Part shown: positions 32,858-44,603 of the stretch, one piece after another
Layout of the letters: each line of letters opens with the position of its first letter
How positions within the stretch are numbered: position 1 is the first letter of the stretch
Assembly: GCA_963785305.1 (NCBI GenBank)
Contig: CAWAUV010000007.1
Span: forward strand, 352,001 to 416,000
Length of the DNA: 64,000 bases
Direction of reading: 5' to 3'
Source: an uncultured Planctomycetaceae bacterium
Lineage (GTDB): Bacteria > Planctomycetota > Planctomycetia > Pirellulales > PALSA-1355
Program-made: the position numbers and the translations under genes
The notes under the pieces: model-generated
The model's database searches: none
Told to the model about the DNA's origin: nothing
What the model saw: the letters and a program-made list of their open reading frames with translations, nothing else

Positions 32858-34284
32858 GCGGCCCGGAGTTCGGCGTCGCCGGGCGTGAGTCGCAAATGGG
32901 TTTCGGCCAGCCGCATCCGATCAACCGGCGCGGCCACGTCCGACGGCGCCGCGACAATTTGCCGCGCGGCCTGCGCCGCGAGGCCAATGCGAGTGCGGAC
33001 TAGCACTTCGTCTTTGGCGTCGATTTTCGCGGGAAACTCGCGAAACACATAATCGACCGCCGGAAAGGTTTGAAAGAAGTGGCCGACGAAGTGCTGGGGT
33101 AGGGGCGGCAGCAGCGCGGCGCGTCGCGGTCCGCGGGCATAGATTGCCTGCTCGACCAACAAGGTGGCGCCGCGGCCCGGATTGAGCACGAACACCGGCC
33201 GGTGGAAGAACCTTTCGCTGAATGTCGAAGCGATGGCAAACTCGCCGCCTTGTAATTGTCTTCCCGCCGCGCTCGCCACCACGGCATGCGGCCCCTCGGC
33301 CACCGTGGCCATGATTCGGCTTCGCGCCGGCACGATCATTTTGCTCCCGTCTTCCCAACGCACCGTGAGCGACGCTTCGAAGCCATTGACGATATGCAGT
33401 GTTTGATGCTCCGCGACATATTCGCTCCAGGCAAAGGGCAAACCCGCCATGAGCGCGATGACGGCCGCCGTGAGCGCCCAGCGAGCGCGGCGAAACCAGG
33501 ACAATCGCGGCAGCGCCGTGCTCGCCGAGCCGGTCGCGCGCTCGGCGACGAGCATCGAGCGGCGAAAGCCGGAATCGCGCCCGAGCGCCGGATCGTGGGC
33601 AAGCAAGGCTTCCAATAGCGGCAATGCCTCTTTCTCGTGCCCCTGGTCGACCAAGGCGGTCGCCACCCGCGAACACAGCGCGGGATCTCGCGAAACTTCG
33701 ATTCGCGGCGCTGTCATGAGCACGCGCAGCGCCGTGGCGGGCTCGTGTCGATCGATGAGCAGTTCGGCCACGGCGCGCTTCGCCTGGAAGTTGCCATGGT
33801 CGAGCTCGAGCGCCGTGAGATAGGCGCGCTCGGCTTCGTGGGGCGCGCGACACATTCGCAACGCGTCGCCCGCGGCGACTTGCGCCGCGGCGCTCGCGGG
33901 AAAACCTTCGTGCATCCGCCGGGCCAAATCGGCGGCCTGATCGTGGCGAAAGCAGGCCATCAAAGTGCCGATCAGATCGATCGCGGCTTCCGGACTTCGC
34001 GGAGCGGCGTCGGCCGCCGCTTGGGCCCGCTCGATCGCGGCGTCTTGCAATCGCCGCCATTCGGAAAGCGGCATCACCCGATGCTTGCGACATGCGCTGC
34101 AATCGGAGAACACCTGTTTCTTGGCCAGCGGCACAAGCGGCAGATGAAACACGACCAGCCAGAGTGTCGTGTCGTAGTTGCTGAGGGTGGTTTGGCGTTT
34201 GCAGAATTCGCAACGGCCGACACTCGCCGCCAAATGGCGCCGGCCAAGATACCGTGTGCCGATTCCGTTGACCGTAAAAGGCAT
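32782..34284 (-). CDS. Zinc-ribbon plus TPR membrane protein
   Basis: MPFTVNGIGT...CEFC...WLVVFHLPLVP...CSAC; TPR-like helices; one TM. Confidence 0.75.
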   Translation of the reverse strand: MPFTVNGIGTRYLGRRHLAASVGRCEFCKRQTTLSNYDTTLWLVVFHLPLVPLAKKQVFSDCSACRKHRVMPLSEWRRLQDAAIERAQAAADAAPRSPEAAIDLIGTLMACFRHDQAADLARRMHEGFPASAAAQVAAGDALRMCRAPHEAERAYLTALELDHGNFQAKRAVAELLIDRHEPATALRVLMTAPRIEVSRDPALCSRVATALVDQGHEKEALPLLEALLAHDPALGRDSGFRRSMLVAERATGSASTALPRLSWFRRARWALTAAVIALMAGLPFAWSEYVAEHQTLHIVNGFEASLTVRWEDGSKMIVPARSRIMATVAEGPHAVVASAAGRQLQGGEFAIASTFSERFFHRPVFVLNPGRGATLLVEQAIYARGPRRAALLPPLPQHFVGHFFQTFPAVDYVFREFPAKIDAKDEVLVRTRIGLAAQAARQIVAAPSDVAAPVDRMRLAETHLRLTPGDAELRAAYKKACDDAGQSGRAKTFLAAIAAH

Positions 34285-34717
34285 GTTCGAGCGATCCTTC
34301 GAGCGAAAACGCCGCCGCTCCCTCCCCCTCGCGACGCCGCGGAGAACCAAGCGGTCGGCGGCAGCGCCGATCGAACCGCCGCCGTTGCGATTCATTCTAA
34401 AGCCGCCGACTCGCGCGAGCAATGCAGGTGCGATAACAGACCAAGCGACAATCGACCACGAGACTTTGGCTCTCCTATCGCGCCGCGGGAGCGCCATCGC
34501 CAGCACTGCCAGCGGGAAGATTTGTCGCTCCGCCAAACGGAAGGGAATCCCAATGATGGCTGGTCCACGATTGCTATTTGTCGCCGGACCCGCGCTTTGT
34601 ACTATGGCGCCGCTTAAAAAACCAACCTTGCCGCGCCAGGAGGCGCCGCGGGCAAACCCACTCGAGGCGCCGTCGACCATGCGAGGCGCCGCTTCGGCTT
34701 TCGGCAGTGCGATACCT

Positions 34718-35699
34718 ATGGAAGTCAGCCCCCAGTTCGTCGCCTTCGCCGCGTTTGCCGCGGAGATCGTGTTCTATGTGCTCATGTCGCTCAACATCGC
34801 CAGCCTCGCGATTATCGCCGAGCGGGCCACTTACTTCTGGCGACGACGCCTCGATCCCGAGCTCTTGCTGCGGCAAATGATGCACTTCCTGAACCAGAAG
34901 GACCTGGTGCGGGCCAAGGCGGTGCTTGCCGCTCGCCAGCCGCCGAAAGCCGCGTGCTGCTCGCCGGAATCGCCGAAATCGAACGCGGAACCGAAGCGGC
35001 TGCCGATGCGATGCGCTCCGCCCGGGTCCGCGAGCGCATTCGCATGGACACGAATCTCACGATGCTCAAGGCGGTGGCGTTTTCCGCGCCGGCGCTCGGT
35101 GTCTTGGGAACGCTGCTGGGAATCGTGAGCGTGATGCCGCATCTGGCGCTGCCGCTTTTCAGTCCGCAGGGGCTTGCCGGCAGCGCAATTCGCGAGGCGC
35201 TGGGCGCGTTGGCGATTGCCGCGGCCGGACTCCTGGTCGGCATTCCCGCGGCGATGGCCTCGCTGCTTTTCGATCGCCGAGTGAATTTGTCCGAAGATCG
35301 TTCGCTGGCGCTGATGCATCTGGGCTTGGCCGCGATCACGCGATACGGCGCGGAACAAAAGGCCCTCGAGCAAAAACCCGCCGCGCAAAAGGCCACCGAA
35401 GAAAAACCGGTCGAGGAAAAGCCCGCCGCGCAAAAGGCCGCCGAGCAAAAGTTTCCAGAGCACAAGCCCGTCGCCTCGAAGCCAGCGTCTCCGCCGGCAG
35501 GAGACGCGGTTCCGGTCGGGTCGGACGAAGTTCGCCTAGCCGCGGCGATGCCGGGCCCGTCGATCGCGCTACCGCGGCCGCGATTACCGGCGCCGCGAGC
35601 CTCACCTCGTCGACGCTGTTCGTCACGGTTCCGACTTTCCGCGCCGAGCCGGCGGAGGATCGCGCGAAAAAGACTTCTCGCCCGGGCAAAGTGGCTTGA
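34718..35699 (+). CDS. MotA/TolQ/ExbB family protein with a Lys/Glu/Ala-rich tail (indels near 34945 and 35540)
   Basis: TM1 ...LAIIAER; SAPALGVLGTLLGIV; ALGALAIAAAGLLVGIPA. Confidence 0.75.
35353..35472 (+). repeat. Eight degenerate 15-bp in-frame tandem repeats (pentapeptide (E/A)(Q/E)Kxx)
   Basis: EQKAL EQKPA AQKAT EEKPV EEKPA AQKAA EQKFP EHKPV. Confidence 0.8.
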
Positions 35700-35730
35700 A
35701 CGGACCCAATCGGCGCAATCAATCACGAGA

Positions 35731-37315
35731 ATGTCCTTGCAATCGCCCGTGCTTGAAAACGTGAAGAGCTGGCCGTGGCGCCGCAATCCGCCGCCGCCGG
35801 AGCCGGAGATCGTGTTTCCGCCATCGTTCCATGCGCCGCGCCGCCGCCGGACGAAATGGCAACGGCTCACGGTTTGGCTTACCGGCTTGGGAGGCTTCTT
35901 TGCTCTCAGCAGTCTGTTTCACCTTCTGGGCGTGGGACTGATCGCGATCGCTCCGATGCAGTTCACGCCGCGTCTGCAAGCCGAGGCTCGGCGTGTTCCG
36001 GAAAGAATCAACAATGTGATCGAGCCGAGCGACGCCAATTACAGTTTCGATTTCATCGATCCGCCGCCCGAGGGCCGCATTCGCCAGAACGACGAAATCA
36101 CGAAGCGGATCGCCGCCGAGTTGGGCATTCCGCAAGATGGCCTCGTGGCGAGCAAGCACTCGGATTCCGAATCGCGCGTAAAGCCGCCCGAAGCGGCCGC
36201 CCCGCCGCCGAGCGATCCCGAGGCCTCGACCGCGGCCGCGACCGAAGCGGCGCTGGCCACGGCGCTGACTTGGATCGTGCGGCATCAATCGCCCGACGGC
36301 AGTTGGAGCTTGCACGAGTTCGATCATCAATGCCGCGGCGGCGCCTGCGGCGACGCCGGCACGCTGCATTCCAATGCCGCCGCCACGGGGTTGGCGCTCG
36401 CGCCGCTCGTAGCCGCCGCCGAAAGGGACCGCGCGTCGGCCGATATGTTCGAACAACCGATCGCCCGCGGCATCGCCTGGCTGGTCGCCCAGCAGCGACC
36501 CGATGGCGATCTTTCGGGCCTGGGCGAGCAGCGCATGTTCTCCCACGCGCTGGCCGGGCTGGCGCTTGCCCGGCGATATTCGCAAACCCATGACTCAGGG
36601 CTTGGCGCCGCGGTGCAGCTTGCGGTGAATTTTTCGCTCGCCGCCCAAAACACGACCACCGGCGGCTGGGACTACGAGTCCGGCGGCGAGGGCAACACAT
36701 TTTCCGTGGCTTGGCAACTGATGCTCGCCGAAGCCGCCGCCAACGCCGGGCTCACGCTCGACCCCGAATGCTGCCGCTTGGCCGATCGCTGGTTCAAATC
36801 GGTCGAGAAAAAGAACGCCAAAGGCTTGTTCGCCTACGATACGACGCAAGATGTGAGCCCGGCGATGACCGCCGTGGGCTTGGGTTATTTGCGGCTGCGG
36901 GGAGTGCCGGCCGAACATCGTGCCATGCGCGAAGGTCACACGTATCTCTTGGCCAATCCGCCCGACGCATCGTTTACCCGCGACGTGTTTTATTGGCATG
37001 TGGCGACTCCGGTGGTCAAGCGCTTCGGTGATCTCGAATGGCAAAGCTGGTGGCAACGCTTGGCCCGCGGAATCGTGCAGCGCCGAATCGACGAGCGATT
37101 GCAGCACCGGAAGTTGGAGCGCGGACTCCGGCGCGAGCGAGGCCTGGAGCGTGTCGGCCGGCCGGCTCTGCGTGACCTGCTTGGCCGCGCGGCTTTTGCA
37201 GACCAACGCGGGCGAGGGGCCCGCGTCGGCGCCGCGGCGCTCGCCGCGCGGCGCGAGCACAAGGAATCGGGCGCGTGCCCCGGTCGCGGCGGCGCCCCGA
37301 CCAATCACCAAGTAA
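35731..37315 (+). CDS. Membrane-anchored prenyltransferase/squalene-cyclase-repeat protein (frameshift near 37080)
   Basis: TM SSLFHLLG; WIVRHQSPDGSW, AATGLAL, WLVAQQRPDG, GGWDY; GSW...GRLCVT in the shifted frame. Confidence 0.8.
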
Positions 37316-37381
37316 GACAAATCGCCAAATAAGACACTCACCAAGTAAAAGTCTCGGCTTGTAGCATAAAGGTAACGGTCC

Positions 37382-38602
37382 ATGTCGAAACTCAACGGAA
37401 TCAGCCGCGCCGCGATGCGTCACCCCTTGCTTTGGGGCGCGATCGCCACGACCGGCTTTTATTTGGCGCTCGATGGCGGCGTGGTCGAGGAGCCGCTCGT
37501 GGCTCGCTATTTCGCCGGCCATTGGGCCGCCTATGTCTCGACCACGATGTTCCTCGTGGGCGTCGCGGCCCTGGTGGTCAAGGGCATTGACATCGTGCAA
37601 AACTTTCGCGGCTTGGGAGCGACATTGTTCGATGGCGTCGCGGCGGCCGATCTCCCCATCGCCGATACCACGGTGATGCTGCAATCGCTCGACAAACAAC
37701 CGGGCTGGGCCCAGCACACCTACTTGATCGGCCGGCTGCGCGCGGGCGCTCGATTACTTGGCCCGCAAAGGCGCGTCGGACACGCTCGAAGACGAATTGC
37801 GTTCGCTGGCCGATCTCGACCTTGAGCGCAAGACGGCAAGTTTCGGCATTGTGCGCACCATGCTCTGGACGATGCCGTTCATCGGCGCGCTGGGCACGGT
37901 ATTGGCGCTGGCCAGCGCGCTCGCCAAGCCGGCGCCCGAGAATGCGGCGGGTGGATTGCCGGCCAATTTGCCGCCGGGCTTTGCCTTGATCCTCGATACC
38001 ACGGTCCTATCGCTCCTGCTCACGGTGTCGCTCCTAGTGTTGATGTTGGCGGCCGAACATTTCGAGAGTCGGCTGCTGGCGCTGGTCGACACCGCGCGAG
38101 CCGCGAGTTGATCGGTCGCTTCCGGGGCTCGATCTCGAGCAAGGCCATGGCGTCGGGCGCGGCCGACATCGGCGGCGCGTCGGGCCTGAGCGACACGATG
38201 GTCGAGGCGATGCGAAAAATCGCCGAGCGCCAAACCGGCATCTGGCAATCGAGCCTCGACGCCGCGACCAAACGTTGGGAAGAACAGACCGAACTGCTCA
38301 AACAGCAAATGGGCGCCGGCGGACCGGGCGGCGCCTCGGGACCGCACATGCGGTTTGCCGGCTCGAGCGGTGGGGGCGCTGGCGGCGGCGACTCCGTGCA
38401 ATTGACCGAAGCGCTCACCGCCAGCTTGGCCGGACTCGGTTCCTCGAACCTCATGATCCACAATGAGATCATGTCCGAGTTGGCGGAAGTGGTGCGCCAC
38501 GATTGCCGCAACTGGCCTTATCGCAAGCGACTCCGCCGTGGGATGCAGTCGAGCTCGCAATCCCCCGCGGACGACGTGGTCGACTGGGTCGATCCCGGCT
38601 AA
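37382..38602 (+). CDS. MotA/TolQ/ExbB family protein, Planctomycete type (frameshifts near 37745 and 38095)
   Basis: RYFAGH, LWTMPFIGALGTVL, LDTT; helical C-terminus; three consecutive partial ORFs. Confidence 0.78.
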
Positions 38603-38633
38603 TAGCCTGCTGGAATATCCAACAGGCTGCTAG
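38599..38633. repeat. Minimal 35-bp palindromic relative of the CTAG-ended MITE
   Basis: CTAATAGCCTGCTGGAATATCCAACAGGCTGCTAG overlaps the TAA stop of the upstream gene. Confidence 0.65.
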
Positions 38634-38836
38634 CGGCCAGCATGCTTTCACTGCCAGCGAGTCGAGCGGGCAACTTCGGCCACCCGCCATCGCGAGGTTT
38701 GCATAAACTCGATAGCCGGCGCAAGCCGAAATAATCCGAACAGCGGTTGCACTGTGTATCTTTGCAATCTGGAAAGCTGTCATTTCATTTGTCGGACGCG
38801 CGCTCCACGCGCCGTCGTTCCGCAAGGACATTTGCC

Positions 38837-39839
38837 GTGTCGCGGCTAACGGTCGTCATCCCGGCGCTGGGCTCGACCAGCGCGTTGGAAAGCAGCCTTG
38901 TGTCGGCGCTCGAGCATCGCCCGCAGGGTTGCGATATCGTCGTCGTGCTTCGCGAGCGCTACGCCGATCCCTACGAGCTCGCCGGGGAAGTACGGTTTTT
39001 ACAAACCGATTCCCAAGCCGATCTCGCGCGAATGATTCATGCCGGCGTCGCGACGGCGGACTCGGACTATGTTTTCGTGCTCCTGGCCGGATGCGAAATC
39101 ACGGCCGGGTGGAGCGACGCGGCGCTCAAGCATTTCGCCAATCCCGCATTGCCGCGGTGACGCCCAAGCTGGTCAAGGCCGGCAATCCCGAACAAACCCT
39201 GTGCCAGGGTGTGCGTCTGCTGCCAGGCGGCGAACGTTGGGTACACCCTGGCCCGGCCCCGTTGGGCGATGAACTGCTGGTTGGAGTGTGGGCGCCGCCC
39301 TTGGCCAGTGGCTTCTATCGCCGCGCGGCGCTCCTGGCGCTCGATGCATTTGGCCAAGAGTGTGGCGGTCCGCTTGCAGATGTGCGACTGGCTGCCGCGA
39401 TGCGACGCAACCGCTGGCTCGTGGCCTGGGCCCCGACCTCGGTGGTCGCATGCGCGGAATCCTCGGTAGCGCCGGCGGGCGGTCGCGTGCGGCTGGCGTG
39501 GCATGCCCAGCGGCTGGCGCTCGACACGGCTGACATGTTCGGCCGCGGTCGCGCCTTTCGGGGCGTGTGCGCTCCGCCACGCGCGAGTTCCTTCGAGCGC
39601 TTCCCTCGCCGATCGCGTTTGCGTTGATCGCCGTGAGACTGGTCGCCACGTTGCTGGGCGTCCGCCGCGGAGAGGCTGTCGCGTCGCCCGCGTCCGCCGC
39701 CCCCGGAGCCGCGCCTGGCGCCAGCGCGAGCACGCAGGCGCCAGCGGCCAAGGGCGGCGACCCCGCGCTGCGCCGGGTCGATTCGTCGCACGCGCGCGAT
39801 CGCCGCGAGCAGGTCTCGCGTCCGCTGAAGCACCGCTAG
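38837..39839 (+). CDS. Glycosyltransferase family 2-like protein (frameshifts near 39150 and 39570)
   Basis: AAGGA RBS then GTG; RLTVVIP...LESSLVSALEHRP...YADPYEL. Confidence 0.7.
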
Positions 39840-39878
39840 TGCTTTGTCGCAGTTGAAATGACGGATTGGATTCGTTCC

Positions 39879-39960
39879 GTGCCATGCCCACGGCCCTGCG
39901 TGGGCATGAGGACTCCGCGTGGCGCTTGAAAACATGCCCACGCTGGGCGTGGGCATGGCA
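39879..39960. repeat. REP-like palindrome doublet, same family as 1565-1656
   Basis: GCCATGCCCACG-GCCCTG-CGTGGGCATG ... CATGCCCACGC-TGG-GCGTGGGCATGGCA. Confidence 0.8.
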
Positions 39961-40257
39961 AACGAGCAAATGGGGTTATCCAACATTTCAGCCGCGACAG
40001 AGCGCGTAGTCGGCAGGCCGCGGCCGCTCGGGGCAATCTATTTCTTCGCGCCGCGTTTCTTTCGCTCGCGGCAAATCCGGCGAGCCGCAAATCCTGCGAG
40101 CCGTTGTCGAGCAACATCGGCCGGGCGTTCGCTTTTTTTAGCGAATCTCGCGCGACTTGAAAAACCGGCCTTGACCATCGTTCGAGGTCGGTGCTACAAG
40201 TCTCGCCTCTTCTCGTTGGTCCGCTTGTCGCTCAACTCATCTCTCAAGCGAAAAATT

Positions 40258-42191
40258 ATGATGCGATTTCTTCCGCGCGCGAAATTCGCGCTCGCATGTC
40301 TTTGTTTCGTCGGCGTTCTCGCGGCGCCCGCTTTCGCCGCCCGGCCCGAGTCCTCGGCCGACGATGACTACGACTCGGCCGCCGCGCCGGCCTCCGAGCG
40401 CGTCGGCTGGCTACGACCGAATTACACGCAGCCGAACGTCGACGCGCCGTTTGCCCTGGTCGACAACGCCGGCCAGATTCGCGCTTTTGTGCGACCGGTC
40501 GACAATGTGCGCATTGGTCGCTATGTGAACCACCGGATTCGCGTTCGTGGCGCCGAAACCGCGCTCCGCGATCAACCGGTCGGTCTGATGGAAGTCGTCG
40601 AAGCCGGCGATCCCGACGCGGTATTGGGCCGCGCTCCCGCCCCGCAATCGCCGCCGCTCGCGCCGCCATCGGCGTCGCCGGGCGCGGTCGGCGCCCGTCG
40701 ACCGCTTGGCGATCGCAGCCGGCTTCCATGCAGTCCGAGCGACCGGCCAGCGACCCTTTCGGCGGAGTGCGACAAGCCGCCTTCGACGAGATTTCGCAGC
40801 CGATGGCCGAGGAGGTCTCGCCGCAACCGTTGCCGGAGCCGCGTTCGCGATTGGCGTCGCCCTACTATTCACCGCCCGGCGCCGACGCCCAGGAATATTC
40901 CAATGCCGGACTCGCATCGCCCTATGGACCACCGCCCGGCTCGGTGACGGATAATGATGGCGATGGCCATCAACACTGGGGCGACGATGGACCCGCCTGC
41001 GCGACTTGCGGCGGATGCGGACACGCTTCGTGTTCGACTTGCTGTTGCAATGCCTGCGGGCCGCCGGGCCGTATTTGGGTGCGGGCCGAGTATCTGTACT
41101 GGTGGACCAAAGGCATGGAAATTCCGCCGCTGGTGTCGACCGGCCCCGACGCCGCCAATCCTGGTTATATCGGCTCGCCCGGCACCCAGGTGCTCTTCGG
41201 CGGCAACAGTGTCAATGGCTTTGGTCGCTCCGGCGGCCGCATCACGCTGGGCGCCTGGCTCAACTGCTGTCAAACGGTCGGCATCGAAGGCGACTATTTC
41301 GGTCTGGCGTCCGCCAGCACGAACTATTCGGCCACAAGCTACGGCTCGCCGATTCTCTCGCGGCCGTTCTACGATGTGGGCATTCGGCCCGGCGCCACGA
41401 CCGTCGTGGGGCAAAACGTGGAACTGGTCGCCGAAACAGGCGTCATCAATGGTTCGGTGTCGGCGTACACCTCGACCGGCTTTCAAGGCGCCGGCGTTCG
41501 CGGTCGCTTCAACCTCTGTTGCAGCCAGAATTGTGTCTGCAACCCATGCTTGCCCTGCTGCCTCAATGGCCCGGGCGGCTGCCGTATCGATTTCTTGCTC
41601 GGCTATCGCTTTTTGCAACTGACCGATGCCGTGTCGGTGCAAGAGAATCTCACGGCGCTCAACACCACGCCGCAAGCCAGCTTCGTCGTGAAAGACAGCT
41701 TCAACACGCGCAATCAGTTCAACGGCGTGGACATCGGCTTCGCCGGCATGACCTACAAGGGACGTTGGTCGCTGGAATTCACGCCCCGCATGGCGCTCGG
41801 CAGCAACTATGAGGTCGCCAACGTGGCCGGCTCGACCGCGATCTCCCAAAATGGAACCACGACTAATTACACCGGCGGTCTGCTCGCCCAATCGAGCAAT
41901 ATCGGCCACTATTCGCGAAATCAGTTCGCCGTGGTGCCCGAACTCGATTTGAATCTCGGGTACTGGATCACGCCGCGGCTGCGGGCGATCGTCGGTTATA
42001 CCTTTCTTTACTGGAGCAGCGTGGCGCGGGCCGGCAATCAGATCGACACGAATGTGAATAGCACGGTGCTTCCGGCCGCGAGCGCGAGCGGCGTGGCTCC
42101 GGCGGGCGATTTGCGCTATCCGATGTTTGCCTGGAACACGACCGACTTTTGGGCCCAAGGCATCAATGCCGGACTCGATTATCGCTGGTGA
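40258..42191 (+). CDS. BBP7-type outer-membrane beta-barrel protein (frameshift near 40700)
   Basis: Signal peptide; Cys-rich linker; WVRAEYLYWWTKG..PPLV, GGRITLG, TRNQFNG; C-terminal FWAQGINAGLDYRW. Confidence 0.85.
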
Positions 42192-42211
42192 TCGGCCCGA
42201 GGCCGCATCGC

Positions 42212-42289
42212 GGCCTATCCGAGAACCTCGGGGAAACCTCACCCTCCCCTCTCCCAAAGGGAGAGGGGGAGTTGTCGGATAGGCTCTTA
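42212..42289. repeat. ~80-bp MITE/REP composite, copy 2
   Basis: Matches 10807-10881; the terminal TTA is the argS stop codon. Confidence 0.8.
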
Positions 42290-44261
42290 CATGCGTTCGA
42301 CCACGTCGATGCCCAGCAGCCAGAGGCCCTGGCGCAGTGTGCGGGCCGTGAGGTCCGAGAGCAGCAAGCGGCTGTCGCGCAGCTCTTCGCTTTCGGCCTT
42401 GAGCACCTGGCAAGCTTCGAAGAACGTGGAATAGCGATTGGCCAGCTCGAACAGATAGGTCGTCAGCGCGCTCGGACGGAAGTCGACCACCATTTGATCG
42501 AGGGCTTCGGAGAATCTCGCCAGCGACAGGCCGAGCGCTCGTTCGGCCGGAGTGGCAAACAGGATTGGCGCCGCGCTCTTGCGGAGCGCCGCCACATCGA
42601 CCGCCCCACGCTGAAAAATGCTCGACACGCGGGCATGCGCATACTGCATGTAGGTCGCCGTGTTGCCGGTCATGGCCAACATCTTGTCGTAGCTGAACAC
42701 ATAATCGCTCGTGCGATTCTGCGACAAGTCGGCATATTTGAGCGCCCCGATGCCCACGGCTTCGGCGACTTGCCGCCGCTCGGCCTCGTTGAGTTCGGGC
42801 GCCGGCTTCGCATCGTCGTTGTCGCGCACAATGGCCAACGCGCTCGACCGCTTCGTCGAGCAGGCCGTCGAGACCCACCGCGTCGCCCGAACGCGTCTTG
42901 AAGGGCCGGCCATCGTTTCCCAGCACCGTGCCAAAGCTAATGTGCTCCAGCGCCACGTTCGCCTGGCCCCAGAGCCGGGCCGTGGCGAAGAGCTGCGTGA
43001 AATGCAGACTCTGGCGGTGATCGACCACATACAGAATCGCGTCGGGCGACCACTCGCGCACGCGATATTCGATCGTGGCCAAGTCGGTCGTGGCATAGAG
43101 AAACGCCCCGTCTTGCTTGCGAACCACGAGCGGTGTTTCCTGGCCCGGCAAAAACACACAGAGCGCGCCGTCGCTCTCGCGGGCAATGCCGCGGGCCACA
43201 AGGTCGCGCACCACCACTTCGAGTCGGTCGTGATAAAAACTCTCGCCGAGCGTGTGGTCGAAAGTCACTCCCAGCCGACGATACACGCGGCTGATCTCGC
43301 CCAGGCAGGGCGGCAAGAACGCTCGCCACAGGTCGAGATTCTCGGAGTCGCCGGCATGCAGCTTCGCGGTTTCGACCAGCACTTGCTTGCCGATGTCGGC
43401 ATGTGCCCGGGCCAATGCGGCGAGCTCGGGGTCCTTGTCGACCGACGCCACGCGTTCTTGGAGCGCACTCAGCGCGTCGCGGGCGTCTTGCAGTTGGCCT
43501 TCGGCGCGGCGCTGCCGCTTGACCGCCTCCTTGGCGTCCTTGGGCGCGGCCGTCGCGGGTGGTAAATTTCCCAAGGCGGCCAGCGACGCTTCGAGCTCCG
43601 CCACGCGCTCGTGCGCCGCCGGCAGCGCTTCGACCGCGGCGTGATACTCGATCAGCCGGTTGACGAGTCGGTAGAGCCGGCTCAACTCCGCGACCGGCGA
43701 GCGGGCATAGGCCTCGCGGTTCGCGAAATGCTTGTAACCATGAATAATCATGCCGAACTGAGTGCCCCAGTCGCCGACATGATTGTCGCTAATCACATGA
43801 TGGCCCAAAAAGCGAAGCGTGCGATCGATCGCCGCGCCGATCACCGTCGAGCGAATGTGGCCGACATGCATCGGCTTGGCGACATTGGGCGAGGAATAGT
43901 CGATCACATAGGTTCGCCGCGGCGACGCCAGGGCCACGCCCAACCGACGATCGTTGACCGCCTCGCGCAGCCTCGCCGCCAATCGATCGGACTTGATCCG
44001 CAAATTGATAAAGCCGGGCCCCGCGATTTCCACCGATTCGCACAAATCGCTCACATCGAGCCGAGCCATCACCTGCTCGGCCACGAGCCGCGCCGGCTGG
44101 CCAAGCTGCTTGGCCAGGACCATCGCGAAATTGGCCTGGTAGTCGCCAAACTTTGGATCGGCGCTCTTGCGCACCATGCCCAACAATTCAGACGACGCCT
44201 GGGGCGCCACTCCCGACAGAGCCGATGAAAACCGAGATCGCAGTTCTTGCAAGATATTCAT
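42287..44261 (-). CDS. argS: Arginine--tRNA ligase (frameshift near 42845)
   Basis: FGDYQAN, AGPGFIN, SSPNVAKPMHVGH, GDWGTQFG, GESFY, GNTATYMQYAHAR, ends ...VERM. Confidence 0.97.
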
Positions 44262-44603
44262 AGTCAAAACACGCTGGCGCCGACGCGAAACTAGGGGATG
44301 CGGGCGCCAAGAGTTTGCCGTGCGCGGGGCGGGTCGGGCAAGCCCTGTTGGCGGCTCGTCGACCGGTTTTCCCAGCGATCGGCCGCCCTTTTGGCGCCAT
44401 GCCTTGCCCGGCGCCGCGTCCCTTGCGCACCCATTGCGCAATGTGCGACGAGGTTCAAATGGCCCAAGCGGTCCAGCACTCGCGAATGCTCTTGACCCGC
44501 GCCAGCAAACCTGGAACGATCGGCCCTGTAAGAACTTCGGAGGATCGAACACCCGCCGAACATTCTCCCTCGCCGCTCGAGCAACGGAATGCTGTCACGC
44601 GCC

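Noticed and set aside
34954..37332. 792-aa ExbB-prenyltransferase fusion ORF
   Set aside because: The joining segment is Arg/Pro/Ser-rich off-frame text. Another frame ends naturally at 35699 and an ATG follows at 35731, so two genes are more likely.
40869..44552. 1227-aa ORF containing ArgRS
   Set aside because: Produced by the argS frameshift running antisense through the beta-barrel gene.
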